The position numbers were made by a program, and so were the translations under genes. Positions 1-14,557 of a stretch of DNA of 64,000 nucleotides are shown here, in pieces; position 1 is the stretch's first letter, and the number at the start of each line of letters is the position of its first letter. The notes below the pieces were generated by a model. The model saw nothing but the letters and a program-made list of their open reading frames with translations. It had not been told where the DNA came from and did no database searches. Source of the stretch: the human T2T-CHM13v2.0 reference genome, Homo sapiens; assembly GCF_009914755.1 (NCBI RefSeq), contig NC_060936.1. One strand, given 5' to 3'.

Positions 1-1193
1 AAGTCACACAGCTGGTGCATAGAAGAGACAGACTTATGTAGCAGTTGCTTTACCCTCTAATCAGTGACACGCATTAAACAGCATGGTCAAAATACCCTTC
101 CTCAGCAGGACTCCAGGCTCCCCACATCGCTTCAGGCAGAGCAGCTTGGCTTTTACATGTTTAATGTATCAGACTTCTGAGTACGACTTCTTTGAAGAAT
201 GGGTTCCATAGCTGAAATGTTTTTAAGATCACTGGTCTGCACCATCCAAGGTCACCTCTGCACTTCCAAGCCCTCCCTGACAAGCTCCGTCCCGCAGGCT
301 CTATCCTGTGGTTCCTTCCTCCCCTAATCATGAGGCCTAATTAGCCCTCTTCACCCTGAACCCTCTTCACAAGGATTTGCCCCATATAAGATGCCAAAAA
401 ATGAGAAAGCCTGAAATGGACTCTCTGTCCTCAACATCTAGATTAATTTCTCCTGGCTTCTCAAAGGGTTGTCAAAAATTAAAGCTAGAAAAAAAACAAT
501 TCACCACATTCTAGCATGCAGAGGGTTCTACCATATAAAATTCCAAACTAAGAAAGTGACTAAATAGAGATTAATTCTACCATTTTGAAAAGAATTCTCC
601 AGAGGTTTTATTTATGTAGTCAGGTACCCTTATGCACTTGAAATAGGTTCAAAGTTTTCCATTCACACACAGTTTTTCAGAAACATATCTAGTAGTGCAT
701 AAAATGAGTATTTAAACCATTTTCCTCTTTTTTAGACAGTCCTACAGAAAAGGCATCAGATTTTTTTTGCATACAATTCATTCTGGTAAGTGCTTATTGC
801 CATTCTGACGCACTGACTTCCATTTACCCAACAGCAGGATTTACAATGGGATTTTTAACTGATTGTGCTGGGAGAAGATCAGGACTATCCCAGAGAGCTG
901 GCTGCTGAGGGTGGACCTGAGGGTGAAGTGGCGAAAGGAAAAACAAGGAGCTGCTTCTCCTTGGTGTTGTGATGTGAACTGGACATTTGCAGCTCTATGT
1001 GGAAATCAGAAAGTACATCTTCAATGAAACACAAAGCAACATGTTAGTTGAAAAATAGAAAACTGAAGAAGAAAAAAAAAGACAAAGGAAGTACATAAAA
1101 GGATGTTTTCATTATCTAAATCTAATATTAACTACCATGATTATTGTGTGATTCATATGTGCGTGTCGAAAATGTATGATATTTCTATGTTTT

Positions 1194-1517
1194 CGAGACA
1201 GCCAAGTAAAAAGGTCTCCCCAGAGAACCTTCTACCAGCCTGTGCACTGGGAGGATGGGGCAGGGCCTCGAGAAGTTCACACCATTTGCAGCCGGGAGGA
1301 GCCTGGCCTCTCCTGTTCCTGGGCGGTGACCTGGGATTCAATATGTGAGATGGGGATCTGTTAACAGGAACCCCTCTTGCTTTGTGGAGAGTCTTTTTCC
1401 TTTTCACCCAATAATTTCCATTTTTCTCACCCTTCTAGGTGTCCACAAGCCTAACCTTTCCTGGTCGTGTGACAAGAACCTGGTTTTTAGCTGAACTGAA
1501 GAGAAAGTCCTACAATA
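1194..1517 (+). mobile_element. ERV1 solo LTR, MER61-like
   Basis: Starts (C)GAGACAGCCAAGTAAAAAGG and ends GTGACAAGAACCTGGTTTTTAGCTGAACT...TACAATA, resembling the recalled MER61 consensus. Confidence 0.7.
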
Positions 1518-1779
1518 CTTTAATTAGGAGTATTTATAAATACTTATAAATAGCCTGTGCGTAGATAGTCATCAAAAACTGAAAGTGAAATACAAAGTCA
1601 GTTGAAATCAAAATGAAAGCTCAATGTTACAACTGAAATAAACAATCCTCTTTTTTATGATATTGGCACAGTTAGATTTATTCTGATGTTAAATTTTACA
1701 CAGGCACAGAAGAAACATATATTCCCAGAGAAATGTATGTGATGTCATCTCTAGCAAGGGTTTCAGATAGAGAGCTGCT

Positions 1780-2541
1780 ATGGTGAAACCCTTGCGTATT
1801 CCCTGCCTCACAAAGAACATTTGTGAGTGGAAAACACAAACTGTTTTTCCTTTGCTTTCACACCACAACAATCTACACAGAAGACTTTTGTAACCAAATA
1901 CTGGAGGAGGGGGTCCCCACCAAGAGGCAAGCAATCAATTCTTCAGCAGACACCAGTTGGGCATTCTCCAATCCAATTCCAACACTATCTACCTGGAGAT
2001 AGTGTCAGACACTGCAGGTTGAGGGCTCAGTCCCACAAGGCTGCCCCTGACTTCCGACGCCTATCTGAAGTCCCAGGTTGTTTTACCCATGCCCTGACTG
2101 ACCGGCTATAAATCAGAGATCCCACAGCCCCCTCCTTGGATTTGATTACTTTGCTAGAGCAGCTCACAGAAGTCAGGGTCCATGTTTACTGGTCTATTAT
2201 AAAGGGTATTATAAAAAATATTATAAAGGATACAGATGAAGAGATGCGTGGGGCAAGGTATGGGCAGGGGTGCAGTGGTTCGATGCCCTCCCAGTGCACA
2301 CCACCCTGCAGGAACCTCCATGCGTTCAGCTATTTGGAAGCTCTTCAAACCCTGTCCTTTTGGGTTTTTATGGAGACTTCATTATGTAAGCATCATTGAT
2401 TAAACTACTGGCCCTTGGTGATCAACTCAACCTTCAGCCCCTTTCCTCTCCCCTCCCAGGAGGCTGGGGGTTGGAGCTGAAAGTCCGAGCTCTCTAACCC
2501 TACCTTGATCTTTCCAGTGCCCAGCCCCCATACTGGAGGCA
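1780..2541 (-). mobile_element. MER21-family LTR (truncated)
   Basis: Diagnostic ACACTATCTACCTGGAGATAG...GAGGGCTCAGTCCCACAAG and AAGGATACAGATGAAGAGATG segments. Confidence 0.8.
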
Positions 2542-2913
2542 TGTAACATTGCTCCAAAAATGCGATTCTCTCAAGTCCAGCCACTGAAACTGCCTATTAT
2601 AACCTGGAACCAGTTTGATCTATAGCTGCTGAAATGACCCCCTACAATTCTAAGGCAAATTTTACCCACCACCATCACTCGCCAGTTAATACTTGCCAGC
2701 TCCCCAGAACCTTACTAGGCCAATGAACATTCTCAAAGAGTAACACATAACATTTTTCCTTTTTGTAAAACCTCCATCCTCCTCTTTGTTCTTCGGACAT
2801 ACTGAAGACCACCCAGTCTGCATGTATACCCCAAATCACAATTCTTCCTTCCCAAATAAAACATTAAATTTGAATTCCCTATTCATCTCTACATTTTTAT
2901 TTTGACTTGAACA
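2542..2913 (+). mobile_element. ERV1 (MER4-group) LTR, subfamily undetermined
   Basis: TG...CA termini, AATAAA near the 3' end, CTTGCCAGCTCCCCAGAACCTTACTAG motif. Confidence 0.6.
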
Positions 2914-3136
2914 TATGTCAAGAAACAGGATGAAGAGCAAATATCAATTTTTTCAATATTACAACATTAGAGGAAGAACCAAAATAAGATGATCACCACT
3001 GACGTATGGCAGAAATTACAAATACAGTCAATGTTCTGAAAAAAGACACTTAAAATTATACACGGCAAACAGAGCCTGACGCAAGTGGTAATACCACCCA
3101 TAATGGTCATGGTCAACATCAGACAGCAAGCATTAC

Positions 3137-3614
3137 TGTAACAGTACTGACTCCATGTTAAAAGCTTGTTTGCTTGAGTATAATTATTGTTTTCCTTGAG
3201 TTTGTAGATTATTCATTAAAAACAGCCTCAGGAAAACAGGACCTTCAACAGAGATAAAAGAAAATACGCTGACCAATGACTCTGGGAATGGCTGACCAGC
3301 CTGATAAGAACAGCTTGACAGCACCTGCAGAAGGCCACAGGACATTGACCAGGAAAGTAATAATTTAACTGCCTGCCTGAGAGTATGTACATTTCACAAG
3401 AATGCTTTGATCATCATTTGCACCCCACTAATTTGCCTTAAAAACCTCCTGATCTGGAGGCACAACTCAGAGAGGTGATCTTTGAACACAAGTTCACTCT
3501 TTCCCCCCAGGTTGTTGGCTTTGCAAATAAAGCTAACTTTCATTTTTGCCAAAAGCTTGTCCCTTAAATTTTGGCTTTGAAGCAATGAGGGGCCTGGACC
3601 TGAGTTCAGTTACA
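3137..3614 (+). mobile_element. ERV solo LTR, subfamily undetermined
   Basis: TGTAAC...GTTACA inverted termini, AATAAA, near-TSD TTAC/TTAT. Confidence 0.7.
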
Positions 3615-4039
3615 TTATGAACCCAGAATGGAAGCTCCTGTACATCATTAGCTTCTGCCTTTGAACACAGGCCTTGGGTTTTTACTGGCAAATGACTATA
3701 TTCAAGCCTAATGCTGAAAACATTTTAAGGCAGCTTCTAATGTCAAAGCAATCTACACCTTTATATGTGAATAGGTAAATAATATGTAAGGTCCATCTAT
3801 CTCTGAAATTCTGCCTACAAAAGCTTGAATAATATTTATGCAGCTCACCTTACATGGGCTGAGAAGTAACCAACAAATTGATAAAAGCTTACCGCAGTAA
3901 AAAACAAACTAAGGGAGGTTGCTCACATAGAGTAAGACAGGAATTTTATGAAAAAATGGAAAAGGGTTAAGAGATAATAAATACAAAAACATAGGTGCCT
4001 CAGAACACTGTTTTTAAAAAAACTTTGTATTCATTTTAA

Positions 4040-4230
4040 AAAATGACTTTTGGTGTACAATTCTGTGAGTTTTAACAAATGTACAGATTTGTGAAACCAC
4101 CACAACAATCAGGATACAGAACAATTTCATCACTGGTCAAAAGACTTCTTTATGCTGCTCTTTTGTAGTCAAATCCTGCCCAGCCCTTACCCCCTCTAGC
4201 AACCACTGATGTATTCTCTGTTTTTACAGT
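4040..4230 (-). mobile_element. Old L1M 3' UTR fragment
   Basis: TGTACAATTCTGTGAGTTTTAACAAATG...CAACCACTGAT, typical of an antisense L1M 3' end. Confidence 0.6.
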
Positions 4231-4353
4231 TTTTTGTGGGTTTTTGTTGCTGTTGTTCTTATTTTATTTTTCCCCTCCACCCCAAGGGCACTTACTGTAA
4301 TATGTCTAAGTTTACCTTAGACAGGTGCGTCTCCTTGAAAGCTACATGGTGTT

Positions 4354-4771
4354 TGAATTAGGCCCTTCTTGCACTGCTATAAAAAAACACTTGAGACTGG
4401 GTAATTTATAAGAAAAAAGCTTTAATTGGCTTATGGTTCTGCAGGCTGTACAGGAAGCATAACACTGGTATCTGCTTCCAGGGAAGCCTCAGGGAGTTTA
4501 CAATCATGGCAGAAAGTGAAGCAGGAGCTTTCACATCACATGGCGAAAGCCAGAGCAAGAGAGAGAGAGAAGGTGCCACACACTTTTAAACAACCAAATC
4601 ACGCAAGAATTCACTTACTATCATGAAGACAGCACCAGAGGGATAGTGCTAAACTTCTCGTGAGAAGTCCAACCCCACGATCCAAACACCTCCCACCAGG
4701 CCCTACCTCCAACATTGGGGATTACATTGCAACATGAAGTTTGGGCTGGAGCACACATCCAAACTATATCA
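4354..4771 (-). mobile_element. MaLR LTR, MSTA-like
   Basis: GAGACTGGGTAATTTATAAG...CATCCAAACTATATCA; near-TSD GTGTT/GTGTA. Confidence 0.85.
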
Positions 4772-4803
4772 GTGTAATTGTGCATAGGTGGGTTTTTAAT
4801 AGG

Positions 4804-4950
4804 TTTTTATTTTTAAGAGACAAGATCTTGCTCTTTTACCCAGGTTAGAGTGCAGTGGCACAATCATAGCTCACTATAACCTCAAACTCCCTGGGTTCAA
4901 GAGATCTTGCCACATCGGCCTCCCAAAGTGTTGGGATTACAGGCCTGAGT
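4804..4950 (-). mobile_element. Alu monomer (FLAM-like)
   Basis: Single antisense Alu left arm with T-rich tail. Confidence 0.8.
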
Positions 4951-5081
4951 AATCCTTGTCAATTTTTAGGTTTTTTTTTAAGTACAATTTAGTGGTTTTT
5001 AGTACATTCACAAAATTGTGCAACCATCCCCATGATCTCACACTAGAACATTTTCATCACCCCAAAAAGAAGCTCTGTACC

Positions 5082-5401
<320 letters not shown>

Positions 5402-6406
5402 TTAACACTCGCTCCCATTCTCCCCTACCTCCACCCCCTGGCTTCCATTAATCTACTTTCTGTCTCTATGATTTGGTCTTTTCTGAACATGTCATATAAA
5501 TGGAATCATACCATATGTGTCTGGCTTCTTATGCTCAGCACATTTTCTAGGCTTATCCATGTTACAGTGTGTATCAGTACTTCATTCCCTATTACGGCAA
5601 AACAATAGTCCATTCCATGGATATACCACATTTTTATCCATTCATCTGTTAATGGACATGGGATTGTTTCCACTTTTTGGCTTCTATGAACAATGCTGCT
5701 ATCAACATTCATGGAAAAAGGCTTTGTGGGACAATATATTTCCATTTCTCTCAGGTAAATATCCAGGAATAGAATTGCTGGGTCATATGGTAACTTTGAG
5801 TTTTTGAGGAGTTAACCAAACTGTTTCCCAAAGTGACTGCACCATTTTACATTTTCCCTATTATTGAATGAGGGTTCCAATTTCTCACATCCTCTCCAAT
5901 ATTTGTTTATTGTCCATCTTTTTTTTATTATAGCTTGGGCTACCGTCCTAATGCCTATGAGGTAGTCGATCATTGTAGTTTCTCTTGGCACTTCTCTAGT
6001 GAGTAATGACATTGAGCATCTTTTCATGTGATTATTGGCAAGCCATATTTCTTTTTTGAGTGAAGTATCTGTTCACATCCTTTGCTCCTTTTAAAGTGGC
6101 TTATTTGTCTTTCGATCACTGCAGTATACGAGTTCTTTATTCTGGATGTAAGTCCCTTATCAGATATATGATTTACAAATATTTTCGCCCACAACAAATA
6201 TTCTGTGGGCTGCCTTTTTACTTTCTTGATGGTGTCCTTTGAGGCACAACAGTTTAAATTTTGGTGAAGTCCAGTTTTTCAAATTTTTCTTTTATAAATT
6301 GTAGTTTGGATGTCGCATTTAAAGAATTATTGGCCTAACACCAGATAGGGAAGATTTTTCTGTATGTTTTCTTCTAAACCTTTTATAGTTTTAAATTTTA
6401 TGTTTA

Positions 6407-6700
<294 letters not shown>

Positions 6701-7511
6701 TTATGTTTAGATCGATGGTCCATTTTTAGTTAACTTTTGTCTAAGGAATGAGGTTTAAGTTGAATTTTTTAATTTTCCACATATTGATGTCCAATTGCTT
6801 CAACATAATTTGTTGAAAAGATTATCCTTACCCAATTGAATTGCCGTTGCATCTTTGTCCAAAATCAATTGTCTGTATTTGTGTCAGCCAATTTCTGGAC
6901 TCTATTATGTTCATTCATCTAAATGTTGCATTTATGACAAGACTACACTGTCTTGATTACTGTAACCTTATGTTAAATGTCAAAGTTAGGTAGTTAAGTC
7001 TTCCAAAATGTTTTGGCTATTCTGTATACTTCTATATTTTAAAGTCAATTTGTCAATTTCTACAAAAGCCCTCCTGAAATTTATGATTGGGATTTCACTT
7101 AGTTTATACATTAATTTGGGCATAATGACATCTTAACAACTTGAGTTTTTTAACTCAAGAACATGGTTTATCTCTCCATTTTTTTGGCTCTTCTTTAATT
7201 CCTTGTGGGAACGTTTTATAGTTTCAACATAGAGGTGTTATAAATACTTTGTTAAAATGTCTCCTAAATTATCTTCATGCTTTTGTGGTGCTACTGTAAA
7301 TTGTATCTTTTACAGTTTTTTTTAATTGTCTATGGCTAGTATATAGGAAAACAATTAATCTTTGCATATTGGCCTTTTATCTAGCAACTTTGCTAAATTG
7401 ACTTACTAGTTATAGTAGATTTTATTATTTTTTTGGTGAGCACTTGGAATTTTCTACATATGTAATCATATCGTCTATAAATAAAGATCATTTTACTTCT
7501 TATTCAATCTG

Positions 7512-7529
7512 TATACATATATATATATA

Positions 7530-7570
<41 letters not shown>
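7512..7570. repeat. (TA)n(TG)n compound microsatellite at Alu tail
   Basis: Directly visible. Confidence 0.95.
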
Positions 7571-7571
<1 letters not shown>

Positions 7572-7845
7572 CAGAGTCTTGCTCTGTTGTCCAGACTGGA
7601 GTGCAGTGGCGCGATTCTCAGCTCACTACAACCTCCGCCTCCTGGGTTCAAGCGATTCTCCTGCCTCAGGCTTCCGAGTAGCTGGGATTACAGGCACCTG
7701 CCACCACGCCCAGCTAATTTTTGTATTTTTAGTAGAGACGGAGTTTCACCTTGTTGGCCAGCCTGCGAACTCCTGACCTCAGGTGATCCACCCACCTAGG
7801 CCTACCAAAGTGCTGGGATTATAGGCGTAAGCCACTGTGCCTGGC
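7570..7845 (-). mobile_element. AluS
   Basis: Antisense Alu dimer; the tail is replaced by a microsatellite. Confidence 0.93.
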
Positions 7846-7946
7846 TCTTTGCCTTATTGTACAGACTAGGACCTCTAGTACAATGATGAATTAAAGTAAC
7901 AAGAATAGACATCCTCGTCTTGTTCCCAATATTAGTCTTTCCCCAT

Positions 7947-8306
7947 TGTCTTAGTCTGTTTGTGCTATTATAACAAAATGCCATCAACTGGGTGGCTTAT
8001 AAACAACAGAAATGTGTTTCTCACAGTTCTGAAGGTTGAGAAGTGCAAGATCATGACAGATCTGGTTTCTGGTGAAGGCGTGCATGCTTTGTGGCTCGTA
8101 GATGGCACTTTGAGTTTGCCGTGTCCTCACTTGGTGGAAGCAGCAAATGCACTCCCTTGGACCTCTTTTGTAAGGGCACTAATCCTATTCATGAGAGCTC
8201 TGCTTTCGTGATCTAATCACCTCCTAAAGGACCTGTCTCCTAATACCATCATCTTATGGGCTAGGATTTCAACATACGAATGAACACAAACATTCAGACC
8301 ATAGCA
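7947..8306 (-). mobile_element. MaLR LTR, MLT1A-like
   Basis: TGTCTTAGTCTGTTTGTGCT...AAACATTCAGACCATAGCA. Confidence 0.85.
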
Positions 8307-8316
8307 AGTATTAATT

Positions 8317-8318
<2 letters not shown>

Positions 8319-8351
<33 letters not shown>
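8319..8351. repeat. (TG)n microsatellite
   Basis: Directly visible. Confidence 0.95.
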
Positions 8352-8353
<2 letters not shown>

Positions 8354-8354
8354 C

Positions 8355-8638
<284 letters not shown>

Positions 8639-10329
8639 AAGTATAATTTTAGTTGTATGTTTTCTGTTGATGTTTAGAGCATTATTTTTTATGCTTTCCA
8701 TCAAATCAGGTAATGGTTTGGCAAAAATATGTGCATAAATATTGAAATGATTTAGACTTGGGACTAAATTCCCATCTTGCCTAAGTTGAGTTGCCCTTAA
8801 CAGGGAACTGGCTCCAAATATGCAGAGGAATCCCCATAATGTGGGAAGCAGCTGCCTGCTGGGGTTCAGAAGCAATTGCCTCAAAGAGCTGATGAATACA
8901 AGGTATTTCAAAGGACCAAATGCAAAGAGGGTTGAAACTAAAATTACTAGTACCTACTCTCTGCCAGACCCTGTGTGAGGCCTCTTATGTGAGTAATCTC
9001 CATTTCTTTTCTTCCTCTATACAGAGCCAGAACTTTTGAATAATTTTACTCTTCCGTCTTCAGCAGGGGAGAGTAAAATGCACCAAGGCAACCAACGCTT
9101 TTCTAATCACACCATGTGGGAGAGTCTCCCAGGCTGCCTTATGGGGTTGCTGCAACGACCCAAATCTGATACTGTAGACTAATTAGCCAAACGAGGGGGA
9201 ACAACTGATTTCCTCTCTGATTTGTGAATTGAAGAAAGTTTCTTTTATCACCACCATGTAATATGAATTTATATCCTCCAGAAAGTTTTTATATATGGCT
9301 TGTGCATAAAGTCGATTCAGAAGACCACCTCCCAACCCCCAAAACTAGATGTTGTATCACCACTATATTTCCCAGGGATGCACTTGGAAAACTTGGCACT
9401 TTATATCATTTTTTACCAAATTCTAGAGGGAAGAAAAAAGGCCCGGGGCGGGGGGGTTCTTTCTGACTATCTAATCATTTTCAGATGCGGAACTGAGGCT
9501 CAGGGAGTTTAAGCAGCCTGCCCAGGCTTGCACAGCCGTTGGTGACAAACCCTGGTGTGGAATTCAGTGTTTTAAAAACTCATACGACTGTCATTTTCAC
9601 CAGGACCAGCATAAGTACTAAATCCACTTACATCATAATTAACTAGCCTATTGAGGTTTTTCATTGACCAAGCTCAAATTTTTCAGTTCCAAATATGTGA
9701 ACACCTGATCTAGTTACTTATAATTGTTGTTGAATTGCATTTTTAGGCATTTTCGTCTTCCCTTAAATGGATAAAAGATGAAGAAAGTACCGTGACAAAT
9801 TTTGTGGAGAACATTTAAAGATATTTCTATGGAATAGTAGATGTTTTTTCCAAGTTATTGTGACATCTTGAACATATAAAGGAGTGCACAAAATGTAATT
9901 CAATTTTTTTCTCTATGTGTGTTTATTCAGACTGGATGATACAGCCATAGAAAAATACGTGCTCCTAAAAGATTCTCTAATTCAGACTTTTTACAATTTA
10001 ACTCTCAAAAGTCAATTTTTTATAAGAGATTGCAATGTCTAGTCTTTATGCATAATTTAGTCTGGCAGAAAAAAGGAGGAAAACTTACCCTTTTTCATTT
10101 GAGAATTGACATTGTTTGGGGATCAAAAAGTAAAGAAAACATTTTAAAAGATTCCCACAAAGGAATAGAAATTAAGAAGCCCACCCATAGCGTAGACTCA
10201 TATTGTGGTTAATAGGGAGTTTACTGCCACCAAGTGGTTTGCTAAATCTGTTTAATTCTGTAACTGGTGTTTCTCAAATCCCTTTTCAAAGTGTCTTGTT
10301 AGATACAGCAAGTCAGCCAGCCAGTGGTA

Positions 10330-10610
10330 CCACTTCCCAAACTTTGTTACACAATAAGATAATGTAGGAACCTCTTTAAAATGATCGATGCCTGGCTCTC
10401 ATGCCCAGACACTCTTGTTAATTGGTATGGAGTGTGACTGGGCCATTTAGATATTGATTTTTCTTTTTAGAGATGGGAGGCTCACTAGGTTGCCCAGGCT
10501 GGACTCAAACTTCTGGGCTCCAGCCATCCTCCTGCCTCAGCCTCCCAGTTAGTTACATTTTTAAAAGCTCTCCAGGTGATTCTAATCTGTAACAAAGTTT
10601 GAGAACCTCT
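10330..10610. mobile_element. MER5A-like hAT element with an inserted Alu fragment (about 10458-10550)
   Basis: AAAGCTCTCCAGGTGATTCTAAT...TTTGAGAACC terminus. Confidence 0.7.
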
Positions 10611-11003
10611 ATCATCGAGAATTATAGATTACCACCCGACAGTTATTGAACGGACAAGAAAATACAGGATGGCAAAACGTGATGTTGGTGCTGATCCGGG
10701 AGCCACCGTTACCCTAAGGTGCTTATCGCATTTAACCCAGAGCCCCTAAGAGTTCTATTAATGTCAACTGAACACCTTTACCAGAAGTTTTCAGACTATT
10801 TAGCGTGTTTGGGTACTTGAGGAGTCAGTATGTGCCGTGATTAAGAGCACGGACTCGGAGCCAGATACATGAAGGACCCAACCACTGCCCTACCCTAAGC
10901 AAAGTTCCTAGCTAACTGGGTGACTGTGGGCAAATTCTGTGGCATTCCTACACCGCGTTTTATGTTTTTTTATTGTTAAAAAGGAAAGCTAAGCTAATTC
11001 CTG

Positions 11004-11418
11004 TGTCTTAGTCTGCTAGGGCTGCCATAACAAAATACCACTGACTGGGTAGGTGATGGAAACCACAGAAATGGATCTTCTCACAGTTCCAGAGGCTGGA
11101 AGTCTAAGATCAAGGTGTCAGCAGGTCTGGTTTCTTCTGAGGCCTTTTTCCTTGGCTCATAGGTGGCTGCTTTCTCACTGCGTCCTCTCATGGTCTTTCC
11201 CGTGTGTGTGCATGTCCCTGGTATCTATGTGCCTCTAAATTTCCTCTCATTATAAGGACATCAGTCAGATTGGATTAGGGCCTATCCTAATGGCCTCATT
11301 TTAACTTAATTACTTTCTTAAAGCCCTATTGTCAAATACAGTCACATTCTGAGTTATTAGGGAGTTAGGGCTTCAACATATGAATTTGGGGGTGGGGGAC
11401 AAAATTCAGCCCATAATA
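11004..11418 (-). mobile_element. MaLR LTR, MLT1B/C-like
   Basis: TGTCTTAGTCTGCTAGGGCTGCCATAACAAAATACCA...AATTCAGCCCATAATA with CCTG flanks. Confidence 0.85.
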
Positions 11419-12588
11419 GCCTGTTTCTAATATTTAAGGAAAATTAAAAGCAACAATGCAAATAAATCACTTAGCAAAGTACCTGGCAGAGAATTAGTAC
11501 GCAGTAAATGAGGAGACTTTCTAGGATGATGGACATGTCCTATATCTTCACTGTAGTGGTACTTACGCACATCAAAACTCATTGAATTATGCACTTAAAA
11601 TGTGTATTTGATAGTGTGTATATTATAACTCACGCTGATTTTAAAATATTAAATTATTACTGATCAATTTCTCCATGTCAAAGACTTCCTACAAAAACAT
11701 TTTAAACTTTCAAGGTATAAGAAACCAGTCAGCCTGAATCAGTGACTAATTACCCCCAAAAGATCCCCAAGAAAAAGTAGGATTATCCTAGAATGCACAG
11801 CTAAGAAGTCTTACGCCTGAAGTCTAGGCATCTTTTAATAGTCCCATGCAAAACAAAATTACCCAACAAGATGAATTTCCTGGAAATATGTCACCCCCTC
11901 AAGGGATTTCAAGAGGTGTAGTTTTTCATTAGAAGCAGAACTCCTAGCATGCGACTTTGTTATTAATGGAGGACCCCAAGTATTTAAATTCACTGATTGT
12001 CTTAAGTGCCAGTTATTCTAGAGACTTAGTACAAAAAGTCTTACAAACTTCCATTTGAAATGAAAATTTAAAATATTGAAAAAAAATTATATTCCTCAGC
12101 AGACTCTGAATAGCATCCAAGTCAAATTATGGTAGAGATCACATGTCCTGAGGGATTCAAATTTCAACCTTGGCTTCCTAAGTCTGTATTTGTCCTTGCG
12201 ATAATTCCCAAGGTGATGTTGATAAAGACTTAGGAAACTTCAGAAGTGGAGCTCTGCTAACTGTAACACCAGGAGGAAAATTACCAGGAGCATTTTAGAT
12301 CTTTCTTTTTAAAAATTCCCATTAAAGGATTTCTTCCAGACATAATTTTGTGTGAAAACACAAATATATATGCACACATAAATGCACACATCTATACATA
12401 ATAGCCCTCTACAATGCTTTGCATACCACCTAAAGGTCTTTCTTATCAAATGAATTAGATGTTGTTTGAGTAAATGAATGAATCAACAAGAAAGCTGCAT
12501 TAAGGGAAGTGCAGGGACCTACTGGACAGCAGGTTGATGATAGGTAATAATTATGTATTATATACTTGAAAAAAAAAGAGAAGTACAA

Positions 12589-12885
12589 AGTCGGTGTGAT
12601 GTCTCAGGCCTGTAATCCCAGCATTTTGGGAGGCCAAGGCAGGAGGATTGCTTGAGCCCAGGAGTGCGAGACCAGCTTAGGCAACACAGCAAGGCCTTGT
12701 CTCCACAAAAAAGTAGAAAAATTAGCTGGGTGTGGTGGCGTGTTCCTGCATTCCCAGCTACTCAGGAGGCTGAGGTGGGAGGATCACTTAAGCCCAGGAG
12801 ATCAAGGCTGCAATGAACTATGATGGTGCCACTGCACTCCAGCCTAGATGACACAGCGAGATCCTGTCTCAAAAAAGAAAGAAGT
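12589..12885 (+). mobile_element. AluJ
   Basis: GGATTGCTTGAGCCCAGGAG diagnostics; AAGTACA flanks. Confidence 0.9.
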
Positions 12886-12931
12886 ACAGCTGTAATTTTA
12901 TTATAAACATGCAACTTTAAGACCAGGAATT

Positions 12932-13289
<358 letters not shown>

Positions 13290-13471
13290 CTAGGGAAATC
13301 ACTAAGACCTGCACTTCACACAGTGCCTGGCACAGAACAAACAATGATAAATATTTGCTAAACTGAGTCATTAACAAGTAAGGTCTGTGTGGGAAATACA
13401 ATTTTGTTCAAGGTCTGTGAGAGCAAACTGCCTTCTATGTGAAATCCCTTGTAACAAGCTGCTTCAGGCAC

Positions 13472-14557
13472 TTCAGAACAAAAACTAAGGCAAATTAAAT
13501 TTCACTGAGTTTAATTGAGCAAGGAACAATTCACGAATTAGACAACCCCCAAACCAGAGTAGGCACAGAGAGAGTCCAGTGCAGCCACGTGGTGGAAGAT
13601 TTACAGGCAGAAAAAGGAAAGTGGCCTACAGAAAACGGAAGTGAGGTACAGAAGCGATCCGGTCGTTTACCGCTCCGCATTTGCCTTATGCAACCTCGTG
13701 GCAGGCCAGTTTTCCCTGACAAACACACAAACAGGCCTGCATGACAGTCACACAGACAGGCCTGCATAGCACTCCAGTTACACAGACAAATTTTCACAGA
13801 GCTGCCTTAACATTGAGCAAATAGTTAAACCCGGCAAAATCGGCGCCCAGACAGCAAAGCTAGAAATGAAACATATGGTCAGTAGGAGCCTTGCGTGGGC
13901 TTCTCCCTAACCTGGAGCAAACCAAAATAATAGAGACAGTCTTTCATTCATAGTGCCAGGACCCGTCTCGGGTCAACGAAATCTGAGACAGTCAAGGTAA
14001 CAGAGGCAGCTGTTCGAATAGATTCATTGGAGAGTCTAAGGCAGCTCTCCGGACCAAGCTGTAAAGGAGATAAGATAGAAATAATCACTCTGGTACCACA
14101 GCAGACAGGCCTTGAAGGTACTGAGGCCCTTTTAATCAGACTTAGTTTGCCTCTGACCTTTTAGTTGAAACAAAATTAGTTACCAATAGACTTAGGCGAA
14201 TGCTACACTGCACACAGGCGCATAACCCCAACCTATATAAGCACTAAGAAAATTGTAGCACTTTCGAGTTGGTCTGCTGGAATTATCTCTGGCCTTCTCC
14301 CTGCATCCGATTATAGCCATAAATTCCCTTCTTTCCTAGTTTGTCTGCTTCTCCTTATTGGGCCTTGAGAAAACGCAGCCGGACCTGGCTTTGTTCCGGG
14401 AACAACCTCAGTTTGAACAGTTGGCCATATTTAATTGGCACAAGAGTAGGCTACTATCTGTTTACACAACCAGTAAGGTTACAGTTCACTAGGTACTGAG
14501 AAACCTTTAGGTTGGGCTTGAAATATGTAAGGAGGCAGTTTTAGGCTAAATTTAACA
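13472..14557 (-). mobile_element. MER57-like ERV1 LTR split by a nested LTR
   Basis: ACAGAAAACGGAAGTGAGGTACAGAA (left part) is continuous with GTTTGAACAGTTGGCC...TAAGGAGGCAGTTTTAGGCTAAATTTAACA (right part). Confidence 0.8.
13697..14404 (+). mobile_element. ERV1 solo LTR, LTR10-like, nested in MER57
   Basis: GTGGCAGGCCAG...GTTCCGGGAACA, ACCT(C) TSD on both sides, TATATAA at about 14234. Confidence 0.75.
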
